Assembly (NCBI GenBank): GCA_965214605.1
Contig: OZ243961.1
Location: forward strand, 4,096,001-4,160,000
Origin: an uncultured Candidatus Binatia bacterium
Lineage (GTDB): Bacteria; Desulfobacterota; Binatia; Bin18
Direction of reading: 5' to 3'
DNA: 64,000 nucleotides
Below the pieces are notes generated by a model that saw only the letters and a list, made by a program, of their open reading frames with translations, did no database searches and had not been told where the DNA came from. The position numbers were made by a program, and so were the translations under genes. This document shows, piece by piece, positions 18,032-29,120 of the stretch (positions are counted from its first letter, which is position 1; each line of letters starts with the position of its first letter).

Positions 18032-19195
18032 GTGAAAATCGCCTACTTTGACGCTTTCTCCGGGATCAGTGGAGACATGACGGTTGGCGCCTTTCTGCAG
18101 CTCGGTGTATCGCTTGACGCCCTACGGCATGAGCTGAATACGCTTGACCTGACCGGCTATCGGCTCCGTCAGACCGTCCGCCAGCGTAGCGGTATTCAGG
18201 CCACGAAATTCGAGGTTGAGGTCCACCAGGTGCAGGGAGAACGCAGTGCTCGATCCATTACTGATATGCTCCGGACGGGTGGTCTCGTCCCCCAAGTCCG
18301 GGATACAGCGTTGCGTATTTTTGACGTCTTAGCCCGAGCCGAGAGCCACATCCACGGCGTTCCACCTGAAGAGGTGCATTTTCATGAAGTCGGGGCGGTC
18401 GACTCGATTGTCGACATTGTCGGAATCGCATTTGGTCTCCACACCCTCGGTATTGAACAGGTGTATGTCTCACCCCTCCCAATGGGTAGCGGGGTGGTGG
18501 CGTCACGGCATGGCCTCTTGCCCGTTCCTGGGCCAGCCACGCTTGAGCTCCTCAAGGGTTTCCCGGTGTGTTTAGCCGACGGCCAGAGTGAGCTGGTAAC
18601 GCCGACCGGGGCGGCAATCCTTGCTGCGGTCGCCCAGCCCGGAACCGTTCCTGCCGTACAGATTGAGGCGGTCGGGTATGGAGCTGGAGAGAGGGAACTG
18701 AGTGATCGTCCGAATCTACTCCGGGTGATCCTTGGCCACACCCACCAGCCGCCTCGGACCGATCAGCTGCTAGTCTTGGAAACAAATATCGACGATCTTA
18801 ATCCCGAGTTCTATGAGCATATCATGGAGCGCGTGCTGAGCGCGGGGGCGCGCGATGTCTTTTTATGTCCCATTCATATGAAGAAGAATCGCCCCGGGAT
18901 TCTGCTGTGGGTGTTGTGTGAGGCCGCAGACCGGGAACGCCTGAGCGGGCTGCTCTTTGCCGAGACCTCAACCTTGGGGATTCGCGTCTATCCGGTTGAG
19001 CGGTTGGCGCTGCGACGTGAACACACCAGCCTTGAGACCCCCTATGGGCGGATAGGCCTCAAGCTGGCACATCGACCGGATGGGCGCATCCACATCGCTC
19101 CCGAGTATGAAGACTGCAAACGTTGTGCGCGGGAGCACGACGTGCCGCTCAGCGTGGTGTATGAGGCAGCCCTGCACTTGGCACGGGAGGGATAG
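18032..19195 (+). CDS. larC: Nickel-pincer cofactor biosynthesis protein LarC
   Basis: YFDAFSGISGDM, VHFHEVGAVDSIVD, HG.LPVPGPAT, ELVTPTGAA, LETNIDD, MKKNRPG, ETSTLGIR and PEYEDC motifs. Confidence 0.93.
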   Translation: MKIAYFDAFSGISGDMTVGAFLQLGVSLDALRHELNTLDLTGYRLRQTVRQRSGIQATKFEVEVHQVQGERSARSITDMLRTGGLVPQVRDTALRIFDVLARAESHIHGVPPEEVHFHEVGAVDSIVDIVGIAFGLHTLGIEQVYVSPLPMGSGVVASRHGLLPVPGPATLELLKGFPVCLADGQSELVTPTGAAILAAVAQPGTVPAVQIEAVGYGAGERELSDRPNLLRVILGHTHQPPRTDQLLVLETNIDDLNPEFYEHIMERVLSAGARDVFLCPIHMKKNRPGILLWVLCEAADRERLSGLLFAETSTLGIRVYPVERLALRREHTSLETPYGRIGLKLAHRPDGRIHIAPEYEDCKRCAREHDVPLSVVYEAALHLAREG

Positions 19196-20003
19196 AAGTG
19201 GGAGGAGCCGCCCCTGCAATCGTGAACTTGACCGCTCTTGAAGTCTTCCGTTCAGGTGGCGGGTGTGGAATGCGCGTTAGGTGGAAGCCTGACAAAGATC
19301 ATGGCCACAATTCAGTTTAAAGGGGCGAGTTGGTAAGATCACGATGAGCTGGTGCTTATAGAGACGCGCTGTCTTCTTTCTCTGATGAGAGAGCCCTGCT
19401 TTTCGATCTCGACGCGGAGATGTCTCTTGCGCAAGCGGCCGTCTTCAATAGGGCTGCGTTTCAGAGCCAGGGTTTCAAGGGGGACTCATATACTGAACGC
19501 CCCTTAGTAGTTTGGGGCTTGATACCTTGGCGGCTCCCCAAATCTCCTTGTTAGGAGTTCTCTGTCCTTCATCCTCTAAGGGAAGGGCGCTGTCGGCTCG
19601 ACACACAGAGATTCGATTTCCCCCACCTGTCTCACCCATAGATTTGAGGCATAGACATAAACGCCTCGTTTCGTTCGTGTTGAGGAGGTTGTATCGAGCC
19701 TCTCGTTACTGTTGCGGACTAGATTTTCGCACGATCAAGACGCTTGATTCTGAATACCTTCGTGATGTCTACTTGACCAAATCTCGCCTCATACTTGTTG
19801 CACCGAAAGAATTTACGGTGTCGATCCGCGTTGCTGACCGAACTGACTCGTCATATATAGTGTGGTCTTTCAGAGCTGGTATGAGAAATCTATAGAAAAT
19901 CGAAAGATCATTAATGAAGAGGGGAGTCCAAACAATTAGAGGAGAAGGCAGGTATGTGTTCTGTCGTAGTTGCGTTAAGTCTATTTTCCCCCATAAAAAA
20001 GAC

Positions 20004-20453
20004 CTACCGTACGAGGTCGGCCAGCACTTCGGTCGGGTGTGAGCGGGCACTGACGCTGGCGTAAACACGCTCAATCTTTCCGTTCTCGTCAATCAGATAG
20101 CTGATCCGTTTGGCATAGCCGGCTTTGGCATCCTCGCACGCGCCGTAAGCCAGACCGAGGGAGCGTTGGGTATCGCATAACAGTGAGAACGGGAAGTCGA
20201 ACTTTTGGGCAAAGGCCGCGTTGTCGGCCACGTTATCAAAGCTCACCCCTAGGACCTCGACGTTCTGGTCTTGAAACGCGGCGTGTTGATCGCGGAACCC
20301 GCGACCCTCGGTGGTTCAACCGGGTGTGTCGGCTTTGGGATAGAACCATAACAACACCTTTTTGCCACGGAGACTTGCCAGGCTGAGTTCCTGACCGCGA
20401 TGGGTCAGGACGCTGAAGGCTGGGGCGCTATCGCCGGGCTGTAGCATCGACAT
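20004..20453 (-). CDS. bcp: BCP/PrxQ peroxiredoxin with probable selenocysteine (U46)
   Basis: From ATG 20453 (AAGGAGG RBS): MSMLQPGDSAPAF...LWFYPKADTPG-TGA-TTEGRGFRD, continuing in frame into ORF 20004..20246. The TGA sits exactly at the peroxidatic Cys of the PxxxTPGC motif. Confidence 0.88.
20288..20306 (-). promoter_or_regulatory. Putative bacterial SECIS element
   Basis: mRNA GGUCGCGG-[GUU]-CCGCGAUC forms an 8-bp stem with a G-first loop 17 nt after the UGA (20316-20318). Confidence 0.6.
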
Positions 20454-20505
20454 ACAAGACCTCCTTTGTCGGACGCGAAGACAACAGGCACTCCGAGTTT
20501 CCCCG

Positions 20506-22422
20506 TCAGGAAATACGGAGGAGGGCTGCTTGGTTTATCTCGATGGTCGCGTGTTTTTTCAAATGCTGCAGAAAGGCCTGGCTCATCTCGGCTCGTCTGC
20601 GCTCGGTGAATTCTTGCCGCAGACTGTCTTTTTCTCGCTCGAACTCTGCCATACTGGCCGGGATATATTCGATCCGCTCTACCACAAACATATTCCCGCC
20701 CCACGTATAAACGGCAGGGGCAATCGGGTCTTCGTCGGTCAGCCGAAAGACGGCTTTTTTCAGGTCTGCGAGGCTCCCGATCTTTGGAATATAACTCCCC
20801 TGGCGGGTAAATTCTCCGGTCTCTTCTATCTCCAAGCCTTCCTCTTCGGCCAGCGCGTCTAGAGAGTTGTTCTGCTTGACGCGCGCCAGCCAGTCTTCGG
20901 CTTTTTGCCTGGCTAACGCCTCGGCCTGTTCTGTCTGGTAGCGCCCTCTAACCTCCTCTTCCACCGTGCTAAAGTCCGGAATTTGCGACGGCCGTTTCTC
21001 GCGGGGGAGAACGAGGTAGGTTGTCTCACCCGCTTCGACGGGCGGGCTAGCCTGGTTGAGCTCGGTGTTAAAGGCGGCCACCAAGATCTGTGGCTGATGG
21101 CTGAGGTTGGGCAGCGTTTCGTTCCGGCCGACCCACGGACTCTCGACTAGCTGCAAGCCACGGGCCTCAGCGATGTCGGCTAGAGAGACGTTCGCCCCAA
21201 GCCGCCGTCGGTCTTCCTGGATGGCCCGCCGGACACGTTCTTGGCTCTCCTGGGCCATGAGTTCCCGCTGAATCTCGTCGCTCACCTCGTCGAGCAGACG
21301 TATCTGGGCAGGCTGTCTATCCTCTAGCTGAATAATGTGGAAGCCCAACTGGGTTTCGACCGGCTCGCTTACCTCACCAATATCGAGGCTAAACGCCGCG
21401 TCCTCGAATGGCTTGACCATCGTGCCACGACCGAAGTAGCCCAAATCACCACCCTTGGCACCGGTCGGCGTATCGTCAGAGTGCTCTTGGGCTAGCGTGG
21501 CGAAGTCTGCGCCGTCGCGGATCTGTTCGAGCAGCGCGCTCGCCACCGCCTGAACCACAGTCTTCTCTTCTTCGCTTGCGTTCGGATCGAGACTTAACAG
21601 GATGTGTCGTGCCCTGACCTGTTCCGGTGTGACGAAGCGAGTATCCTTTTCTCGTTGATAGACGGCTTCGATGTCTTGGGCCGAAACCGTGACGTCCGAA
21701 CTAAAGTGATCATGCGGGTAGGCGAGGTAGGCAAAGCGGATTCGTTCCGGCTGTCGAAAAGACTCTCTGTGAGTTTCGTAGAAGTTCTGCAGATCGTCGC
21801 TTTCGACCGACACCTCATCAAGCAGCGTCGCCGAGGCTATTTTGACGAACCGGAGATTGACCTTGTCCTGACGCGAGGCGAAGAGCTCTTGCAGCTCACC
21901 CTCCGAAATCTGGACCGTACTGAACATGAAGTCCTGGAACTTTTTGGTCAGCAGTTGGGTTCGCTGGTCGTCTTCAAACTCGCGGGGCGTCATCCGAAAG
22001 CTGCGCAACACCTGTCGATAGCGCTCAGGGCTAAACGAGCCGTAGGCCTGGAAGGCAGGCAGTTCGGCGATCGAGGCACGGACCTCATCGTCACTGACCG
22101 TCATCCCGATCCGCCGCGCCTCGGCCGCCATAAGCCGTACGTCGATCAACTGTTGGAGGGTCTGGTTTTTGAGGTTCAGGGTTTGGACTAATTCCGAACT
22201 CCAATTCTCCTTGTAAATGTTGCGATATGCCATCTGAACATTTTCGTAGGCGCGCCGAAAGTCCCGGACCGATATTGGACGGTCATCGACCGTGGCGACC
22301 GCATCGATAGCCTGGCCCTCATTCTGACCCCCGACTCCCCAGAAAATGAAGACTAGAGCGATGATGCCAAACAGGATTTTAATCCCAATTGAGCGAGTCC
22401 GTCGTCGCATGAAATCCAGCAT
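20506..22422 (-). CDS. ppiD: PpiD/SurA-like peptidyl-prolyl isomerase chaperone
   Basis: MLDFMRR plus an N-terminal TM helix, SurA_N region and parvulin domain (VRARHIL, FATLAQEHSDD, GGDLGYF, GFHII). Confidence 0.88.
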   Translation of the reverse strand: MLDFMRRRTRSIGIKILFGIIALVFIFWGVGGQNEGQAIDAVATVDDRPISVRDFRRAYENVQMAYRNIYKENWSSELVQTLNLKNQTLQQLIDVRLMAAEARRIGMTVSDDEVRASIAELPAFQAYGSFSPERYRQVLRSFRMTPREFEDDQRTQLLTKKFQDFMFSTVQISEGELQELFASRQDKVNLRFVKIASATLLDEVSVESDDLQNFYETHRESFRQPERIRFAYLAYPHDHFSSDVTVSAQDIEAVYQREKDTRFVTPEQVRARHILLSLDPNASEEEKTVVQAVASALLEQIRDGADFATLAQEHSDDTPTGAKGGDLGYFGRGTMVKPFEDAAFSLDIGEVSEPVETQLGFHIIQLEDRQPAQIRLLDEVSDEIQRELMAQESQERVRRAIQEDRRRLGANVSLADIAEARGLQLVESPWVGRNETLPNLSHQPQILVAAFNTELNQASPPVEAGETTYLVLPREKRPSQIPDFSTVEEEVRGRYQTEQAEALARQKAEDWLARVKQNNSLDALAEEEGLEIEETGEFTRQGSYIPKIGSLADLKKAVFRLTDEDPIAPAVYTWGGNMFVVERIEYIPASMAEFEREKDSLRQEFTERRRAEMSQAFLQHLKKHATIEINQAALLRIS

Positions 22423-22644
22423 AGGCAGCTGTCTCCTTTGTACTCTCTATGCTCTACATATAATACAGCGTTATGATTTGTCTATGCGTGTCGAAGCAAC
22501 TCGATCTGCCGAGCTAGACTCTGCAAAGACCGCTTACAGAAAAATACCTTATACGAGACAGACTTGCTCTGAGGAGCCGATTTTGCTAATAACTCCATCT
22601 TAGGCCTCTTGCTTTTTAATAAGGTTATCGTATTAAGGAATTAA

Positions 22645-23676
<1,032 letters not shown>

Positions 23677-23714
23677 CTCCCAGACACAGCTCCTAATTTA
23701 CTGAGCAATCTGTT

Positions 23715-24545
23715 ATGCACGCTTGGCTCCGTCAGCGCAAGGTTCTTTTGTCGTGCGTATTCTTTCTGACCATTTCTGTGGTGTTGGCCGTGCTCAATGT
23801 TCGCGCTCCGTCTCGGCCTGATCCGGCTGGCGCACTTTTACTTGAGGCCATGCTCCCGCTTCAGCTTGGTGTGACGGCGATCGGCCGCGGCATTGAGCAG
23901 GTCTGGGATCAATACTTCGATCTGCGCTCCGTTCGTCGGGAGAACGAGACGCTCCGCCAACGGGTGGTAGAACTAGAGCAGCGCGTTCAGCGATCGACCG
24001 AAATGGACTTGGCTAACCAACGCCTCCGCCGTCTCCTCGACCTCCGGGCCGAAACCGAGGTCCCGATGGTTGGGGCACGGGTGGTTGGCCGCAGCCCTGG
24101 GCCGTGGGTCGCCCGTCTTGTGCTTGATAAAGGCACGCAAAATGGTATGAGGAAAGACTTGGCCGTGCTGGTTCCCGCGGGGGCGGTGGGACGGATCGTC
24201 TTTACCACCGCCCATACCGCACGGGTCCTGCTCGCCTCTGATCCGAGCAGCAGCATTGACGCTGTTGTACAGCGGACGCGTGAGCGAGGCGTTGTTGTTG
24301 GGACCGGGAATGGATGGGCAAGACTCAAGTATATACCTCAGGGAGCCGACATGAGAGTCGGTGATGTGTTGGTGGCCTCTGGGCTAGAAGGCATATTTCC
24401 CAAAGGTTATCCTCTTGGCAGTATCTTCCGGATTGGAACGAAGGGCGGAGAGATGTTTGAAGATGTGGAGGTCCGGCTGAATGTTGAATTTGCCAAGCTG
24501 GAAGAGGTTCTGGTCACCACTAGCGGTCCCCAATACACTCAATAG
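23715..24545 (+). CDS. mreC: Rod shape-determining protein MreC
   Basis: TM plus coiled coil (RENETLR...NQRLRRLL), LDKG, SGLEGIFPKGYPLG; follows mreB. Confidence 0.93.
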   Translation: MHAWLRQRKVLLSCVFFLTISVVLAVLNVRAPSRPDPAGALLLEAMLPLQLGVTAIGRGIEQVWDQYFDLRSVRRENETLRQRVVELEQRVQRSTEMDLANQRLRRLLDLRAETEVPMVGARVVGRSPGPWVARLVLDKGTQNGMRKDLAVLVPAGAVGRIVFTTAHTARVLLASDPSSSIDAVVQRTRERGVVVGTGNGWARLKYIPQGADMRVGDVLVASGLEGIFPKGYPLGSIFRIGTKGGEMFEDVEVRLNVEFAKLEEVLVTTSGPQYTQ

Positions 24546-25044
24546 TGAAGCTTCGGCTCGGGTTCTCGCCCGTTCTCTCGGGGCCTTGGTACTGACCGGC
24601 CTAGGCGCCATTGTCTTACAGGTCAGTGTCTTCCTCCGCTTTTCGATTGGCCCCGATCTTCTCTTAATTCTGTCCGTCTATATCGGGATCTACTATCCTT
24701 CAGTCGGCGGAGCGGCAGCCGTTTTTTTCCTGGGTTATCTGTTTGACAGTAGCTCGGGCACGCCGGGTGGGGGACACGCGTGTGCCTTGAGCGTGGTGTT
24801 TGCGGCCGTTGTCCTTGTGTCTCACCGTCTGTGGCTGAATAATCCCGTGTCTGTCCTCAGTCTGGTCTTGCTGGCGGTCGGTTTGAAAACCCTCACCCTG
24901 TTCAGTCTCAGCCGGCTGGGATCGTTCGTCCTTGAGGCCCCTCGGCTGATGTTCAGTGCTGTGGTGTGGGATGCGGCGCTGACTATGCTGCTGACCCCGC
25001 TTGTATTTACTCTGCTGTACCGCCCCCAGGGGGCAGATCGGTAA
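24481..25044 (+). CDS. mreD: Rod shape-determining protein MreD (start uncertain)
   Basis: Hydrophobic protein with PDLLLIL and GYLFD, located between mreC and mrdA. Confidence 0.8.
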   Translation: MLNLPSWKRFWSPLAVPNTLNSEASARVLARSLGALVLTGLGAIVLQVSVFLRFSIGPDLLLILSVYIGIYYPSVGGAAAVFFLGYLFDSSSGTPGGGHACALSVVFAAVVLVSHRLWLNNPVSVLSLVLLAVGLKTLTLFSLSRLGSFVLEAPRLMFSAVVWDAALTMLLTPLVFTLLYRPQGADR

Positions 25045-25050
25045 AGAACA

Positions 25051-26868
25051 ATGGCTGGCCCTTCCGACCTGCTTGACACCCCCGACATAGCCGCATCTCG
25101 TCTAAGTACGTTGGGCATCGCCATGTGCAGCCTGCTGGTCATGCTGCTCGCTCGCCTATGGTTTCTTCAATTGGAAGAGGGTGTGAACTTCCGGGAGCGG
25201 TCTGAGCGCAATCGGCTGCGCTTCCAGCGCATCGCTGCGGTTCGGGGCAAGCTGTACGATCGTCTGGGGCGGTCGCTGGCCGATAACCAACCCTCTTTCG
25301 ATGTTGTGTTGAGACCCGAATATATTCCCGACGTGGACCAGGCTCTCGCCGTACTCGCCGGCTATCTGCCTGACAGCCATCTCTTGCCTGCCGAGCGCCG
25401 TTTGCTCCACGACCCGCATCGTCCTACCGGCGCGGGGATCGTCGTAGCGCAGGACGTTGACTGGCCGACCATGTTAGCGGTTGAGTCCCATCTCTACGAC
25501 ATGCCCGGGATCAGTATTGAAGCCCGTTCCAAGCGCGCCTACTCCAGAGGGAATTTGGCGGCCCACCTTTTGGGATATGTCGGTGAGGTCAGTCAGCGTG
25601 AATTAGACCAGTCGACCGATTATCGACGTGGCGATATCGTCGGAAAGTTTGGAGTCGAAAAGACCTGGGACAAGGCCCTGCGGGGGCGGAGCGGTGGGCG
25701 GCAGGTTGAGGTCAACGCTAGCGGGAGACACCTGAGGACGATTGAAGATGTGCCGACACAGCCTGGTCATAACCTCATTCTCACCATCAACGTTGACCTG
25801 CAACAAGAGGCTGAAGATGCGCTGGGTGGAAGGCCCGGTGCAGTTGTTGCCATAGACGTGTCTAACGGTGAGGTGCTGGCCTTAGCGAGCGCCCCGACTT
25901 TTGATCCTAACGTTTTTGCCCGCGGGGTCCGAGGCGAAGAGTGGAATGTGTTACGCGCTGACCCGCTCCATCCGATGACAAACAGAGCCGTTCAAGGTCA
26001 GTACCCACCGGCCTCCACCTTCAAGCTGATCAGTGCCATCGCCGCCCTTTCAGAGGGGGTGGTGACTCCCGACACGCAGGTCTATTGCCCAGGCTCCTTG
26101 CGGGTAGGAGGGCGCCGGTTCCGGTGCTGGCGGCAACGAGGACACGGCAGCGTGGATCTCCGCCGGGCACTGGCGGAGTCGTGCGATGTGTATTTCTATC
26201 AGGTTGGCCGTCAACTCGGCATTCAGCGTCTTGCCACTTACGCGCGTCGTTTTGGTTTGGATGAACCGCTCGGGATCGGACTTGCCTATGAAGCCCCTGG
26301 GATTATTCCAGACCCGACCTGGAAGCAAAGACAGATTGGTGAACCTTGGTATCTGGGAGAGACCATTTCAGTCGTAATCGGCCAGGGATACGTCACTACA
26401 ACGCCGCTGCAAATGGTCGCGGTGGCCGCTGCAGTGGCCAACGGCGGGACTGTCTACCGTCCGCATGTGGTCAAACAGGTCATTGCCACCGATGGACAGG
26501 TGGTCGAGAGCCAGACCCCACATATCGTCAGTCGGACTGGAATAGCCGCTGAGTATTTACAGGTGATCACCGAAGGGATGGTCGACGTCGTCCATCAATC
26601 CTACGGCACCGGCCGGCGGGCCCAGGTATCAGGCGTCCGTGTTGCCGGAAAGACGGGTACGGCCCAGGTCATCAGCGGCCGCGGCGGAGGCAGTCAGCAG
26701 ATTGCCCGCCGCTTTCGAGATCACGCCTGGTTTGTAGCCTTCGCACCTGCCGACGCACCCCAGATAGCGGTGGTCTGTCTGCTTGAACACGCTGCCTCTG
26801 GGGGAGGGAAGGTCGCCGCTCCTGTGGTCCAGAAAGTTCTCAGCGCGTATTTCTCCTTGGTTCAGTAA
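25051..26868 (+). CDS. mrdA: Penicillin-binding protein 2
   Basis: YPPASTFK (SxxK), SCD (SxN-type), GKTGTAQ and DHAWF motifs. Confidence 0.93.
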   Translation: MAGPSDLLDTPDIAASRLSTLGIAMCSLLVMLLARLWFLQLEEGVNFRERSERNRLRFQRIAAVRGKLYDRLGRSLADNQPSFDVVLRPEYIPDVDQALAVLAGYLPDSHLLPAERRLLHDPHRPTGAGIVVAQDVDWPTMLAVESHLYDMPGISIEARSKRAYSRGNLAAHLLGYVGEVSQRELDQSTDYRRGDIVGKFGVEKTWDKALRGRSGGRQVEVNASGRHLRTIEDVPTQPGHNLILTINVDLQQEAEDALGGRPGAVVAIDVSNGEVLALASAPTFDPNVFARGVRGEEWNVLRADPLHPMTNRAVQGQYPPASTFKLISAIAALSEGVVTPDTQVYCPGSLRVGGRRFRCWRQRGHGSVDLRRALAESCDVYFYQVGRQLGIQRLATYARRFGLDEPLGIGLAYEAPGIIPDPTWKQRQIGEPWYLGETISVVIGQGYVTTTPLQMVAVAAAVANGGTVYRPHVVKQVIATDGQVVESQTPHIVSRTGIAAEYLQVITEGMVDVVHQSYGTGRRAQVSGVRVAGKTGTAQVISGRGGGSQQIARRFRDHAWFVAFAPADAPQIAVVCLLEHAASGGGKVAAPVVQKVLSAYFSLVQ

Positions 26869-26887
26869 CGGAAGTAAGGAGGGGGAG

Positions 26888-27988
26888 GTGTTCGACCGGC
26901 GGCTTATCACCCATTTTGAATGGCTGCTGTTCTTGTTGACACTCCTGCTGCTTGGTATTGGCGCGCTAGCGGTGTACAGCGCCACCTATACTGGTGGATC
27001 GCAGCTGAGCCCCACATTTGTCCGTCAGATGATATGGCTCGGGGTCGGCTGTGTTGGCATGGCGGTCGGGATTGGCATTGATTATCACCGCTTTGAAACA
27101 TGGGCCTATCCGCTGTATGCGGGCGCTTTCGTACTCCTGGCGCTCGTATTGCTGGTCGGCTCTGTCGGGGGCGGGGCGCAGCGTTGGCTTGTTTTTGGTC
27201 CGGTGTCCCTTCAGCCGTCCGAGTTCACAAAAATCGCCCTCCTGCTGGTTATCGCCCGATTTTTTCAGCGCTATGCGCCGCAGGACGGCTATGGCCTGCT
27301 TGATCTGTGCTACCCCGCGTTCCTGGTCCTCATTCCAGCCACTCTAGTCCTCCTGCAACCCAACCTTGGCACGGTCATCTTGTACGCCTTCCTCTTTGTC
27401 AGCCTGACCTTTGCCGCGGGACTGCGTTGGGGTTCGCTGACACTATTGGGCGCGCTCCTAGGCGCGCTTCTAGGGCTGTTGTGGTGCTTCGCGATGCAAC
27501 CGTACCAAAAAGAGCGGGTTGTATCGTTTCTCGATCCGGGTCGTGATCCGTTAGGGACGGGCTACCACTTGGCGCAGTCCACGATCTCGGTCGGCTCAGG
27601 GATGTTCTGGGGCAAAGGCTTTTTGCAGAGCACCCAGAATCGGCTCGATTTTCTGCCGGAGACCCATACCGATTTTGTGTTTGCCGTGTTTGCCGAAGAA
27701 TGGGGCTTTGTCGGAGCGGTTGGGCTCATCGGGCTGTACGGGCTGATGCTGCTTCGGCTGCTGGTCATTGCCCGGCGAGCCCGGGACCGTTTTGGCTCGC
27801 TGATTGCGGTTGGGGCGGCAGCGCTCATATTTTGGCCGACCCTGTTTAATGTCGGGATGAATATCGGGGTCCTGCCGGTAGTCGGTATCCCCTTGCCTTT
27901 AGTCAGCTATGGCGGGTCGTCCCTGTTAACCATCATGATCGCAATTGGCCTGGCCCTCAATGTGAGTACCAGGCGAGCGATTTTCTGA
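26888..27988 (+). CDS. rodA: Rod shape-determining protein RodA (SEDS)
   Basis: GAQRW, QPSEF.K, QPNLGT, LPETHTDFVFAV..EEWG and PLPLVSYGGSS motifs; GTG start with upstream AGGAGG. Confidence 0.95.
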   Translation: MFDRRLITHFEWLLFLLTLLLLGIGALAVYSATYTGGSQLSPTFVRQMIWLGVGCVGMAVGIGIDYHRFETWAYPLYAGAFVLLALVLLVGSVGGGAQRWLVFGPVSLQPSEFTKIALLLVIARFFQRYAPQDGYGLLDLCYPAFLVLIPATLVLLQPNLGTVILYAFLFVSLTFAAGLRWGSLTLLGALLGALLGLLWCFAMQPYQKERVVSFLDPGRDPLGTGYHLAQSTISVGSGMFWGKGFLQSTQNRLDFLPETHTDFVFAVFAEEWGFVGAVGLIGLYGLMLLRLLVIARRARDRFGSLIAVGAAALIFWPTLFNVGMNIGVLPVVGIPLPLVSYGGSSLLTIMIAIGLALNVSTRRAIF

Positions 27989-28312
27989 TTAGACGAGATT
28001 TTTAATCGCCGCTTCGAGTCTGGCCTGTGGCACGGCTCCCACAATCTGCTCTTGGAGTTCTCCGCCCTTGAATAGGATCAGGTTCGGAATACCCCGGACA
28101 TTGTAGTTGGCAGGGGTTTTGGGGTTGTCGTCCACGTTCAGCTTGACGACTTTGAGTTTCCCGTCGTACTTCCCGGCCAGGGCTTCGACGGTCGGGGCTA
28201 TAGCTTTGCACGGCCCACACCAGGGTGCCCACAGGTCGAGGAGAACCGGCAGCTCGGATTGTAGAACTTCGGTATCGAAATTCTGGTCGGAAACGTTCGT
28301 CACATTAGCCAT
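27989..28312 (-). CDS. trxA: Thioredoxin
   Basis: WAPWCGPCK active site; AAGGAG RBS before ATG 28312. Confidence 0.95.
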   Translation of the reverse strand: MANVTNVSDQNFDTEVLQSELPVLLDLWAPWCGPCKAIAPTVEALAGKYDGKLKVVKLNVDDNPKTPANYNVRGIPNLILFKGGELQEQIVGAVPQARLEAAIKNLV

Positions 28313-28345
28313 AGGCTTCCTCCTTAGGGTTACAGCGTCGTTTTT

Positions 28346-28439
28346 AGATACCAAAAATATATGCAGTTTTTGCCCAAGGGCAAGCGTCTTGGGCAATGCC
28401 ATTGCGTCGTCGCCTCTAGAGATACCAAAAAATATATGC
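28346..28439. repeat. Direct repeat pair flanking a 9-9-9 inverted repeat upstream of trxA
   Basis: AGATACCAAAAA(A)TATATGC at 28346 and 28420; TTGCCCAAG-N9-CTTGGGCAA at 28370-28396. Confidence 0.75.
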
Positions 28440-29120
28440 TGAACCTAGTCCTATGCTGAGAAATTTGAGGTTGGATACAAAGAGAGGAAAAAGGTCGACC
28501 TGACCACCCGGACTCAGAGAGAAGTCCAACTATGCCGTCCTAATAGCTCGCTTTCCATTTCACGAGACGTCTCTCGCGGGTTTGTGGCGCTGGCCTGTAT
28601 GTGTATCACCTCCCGCACGGTCGGGATACCGATCAGACCCACCACTGTCTGGGTGTTCAGCGAAGGATGGGGAGACGTGTAGTATCAAACACGCCCTGTT
28701 GGCCCAAGAGTAAGAGCTCTCGGTTGCCTTAGCACTCGGCATCTACTACATGACTAGGGGCAAGACTCACGGTGTTGAGCCGGCGCTAGACTGCTATAGT
28801 CTGGGCGGCATTCCTGAGGCCCATTGTCATCTGCGCTACACCGACCACCCGAACCCGTATCAGGGTGACACCAGAGCGGGGTCCATTGAGGGTCACAGAA
28901 GAGAGTATCGCTTCCGAACAGATTGGCAGCTTCAGAGTTTTATGACATCAGCAGTTTTAATACGCTTGGATAACGACCGACGCCCCAGGCCGGCCCTGAA
29001 GCTTCTGAGGACAGATGGAGAAGTCGTGATCAGTGTCTTGCCGCGCCCGTCCAGAGACTCGGTCACACCGTCCCGTTGGCCTCTTGACTCCCTGCCCAGA
29101 GCCCTCTAGGGGAGGATGCT

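Noticed and set aside
18032-19195. Programmed frameshift in larC
   Set aside because: LarC1 and LarC2 regions are in one continuous frame here.
2628-20453. Genome-wide TGA reassignment (code 4 or 25) as the explanation of the in-frame TGAs
   Set aside because: TGA is the normal stop of several intact genes (e.g. xmoA at 9946, cupredoxin at 14688, rodA at 27988). Read-through is needed only at catalytic Cys positions.
28729-28755. CIRCE element (TTAGCACTC)
   Set aside because: Only the left arm is present; there is no GAGTGCTAA after 9 nt and no chaperone gene nearby.
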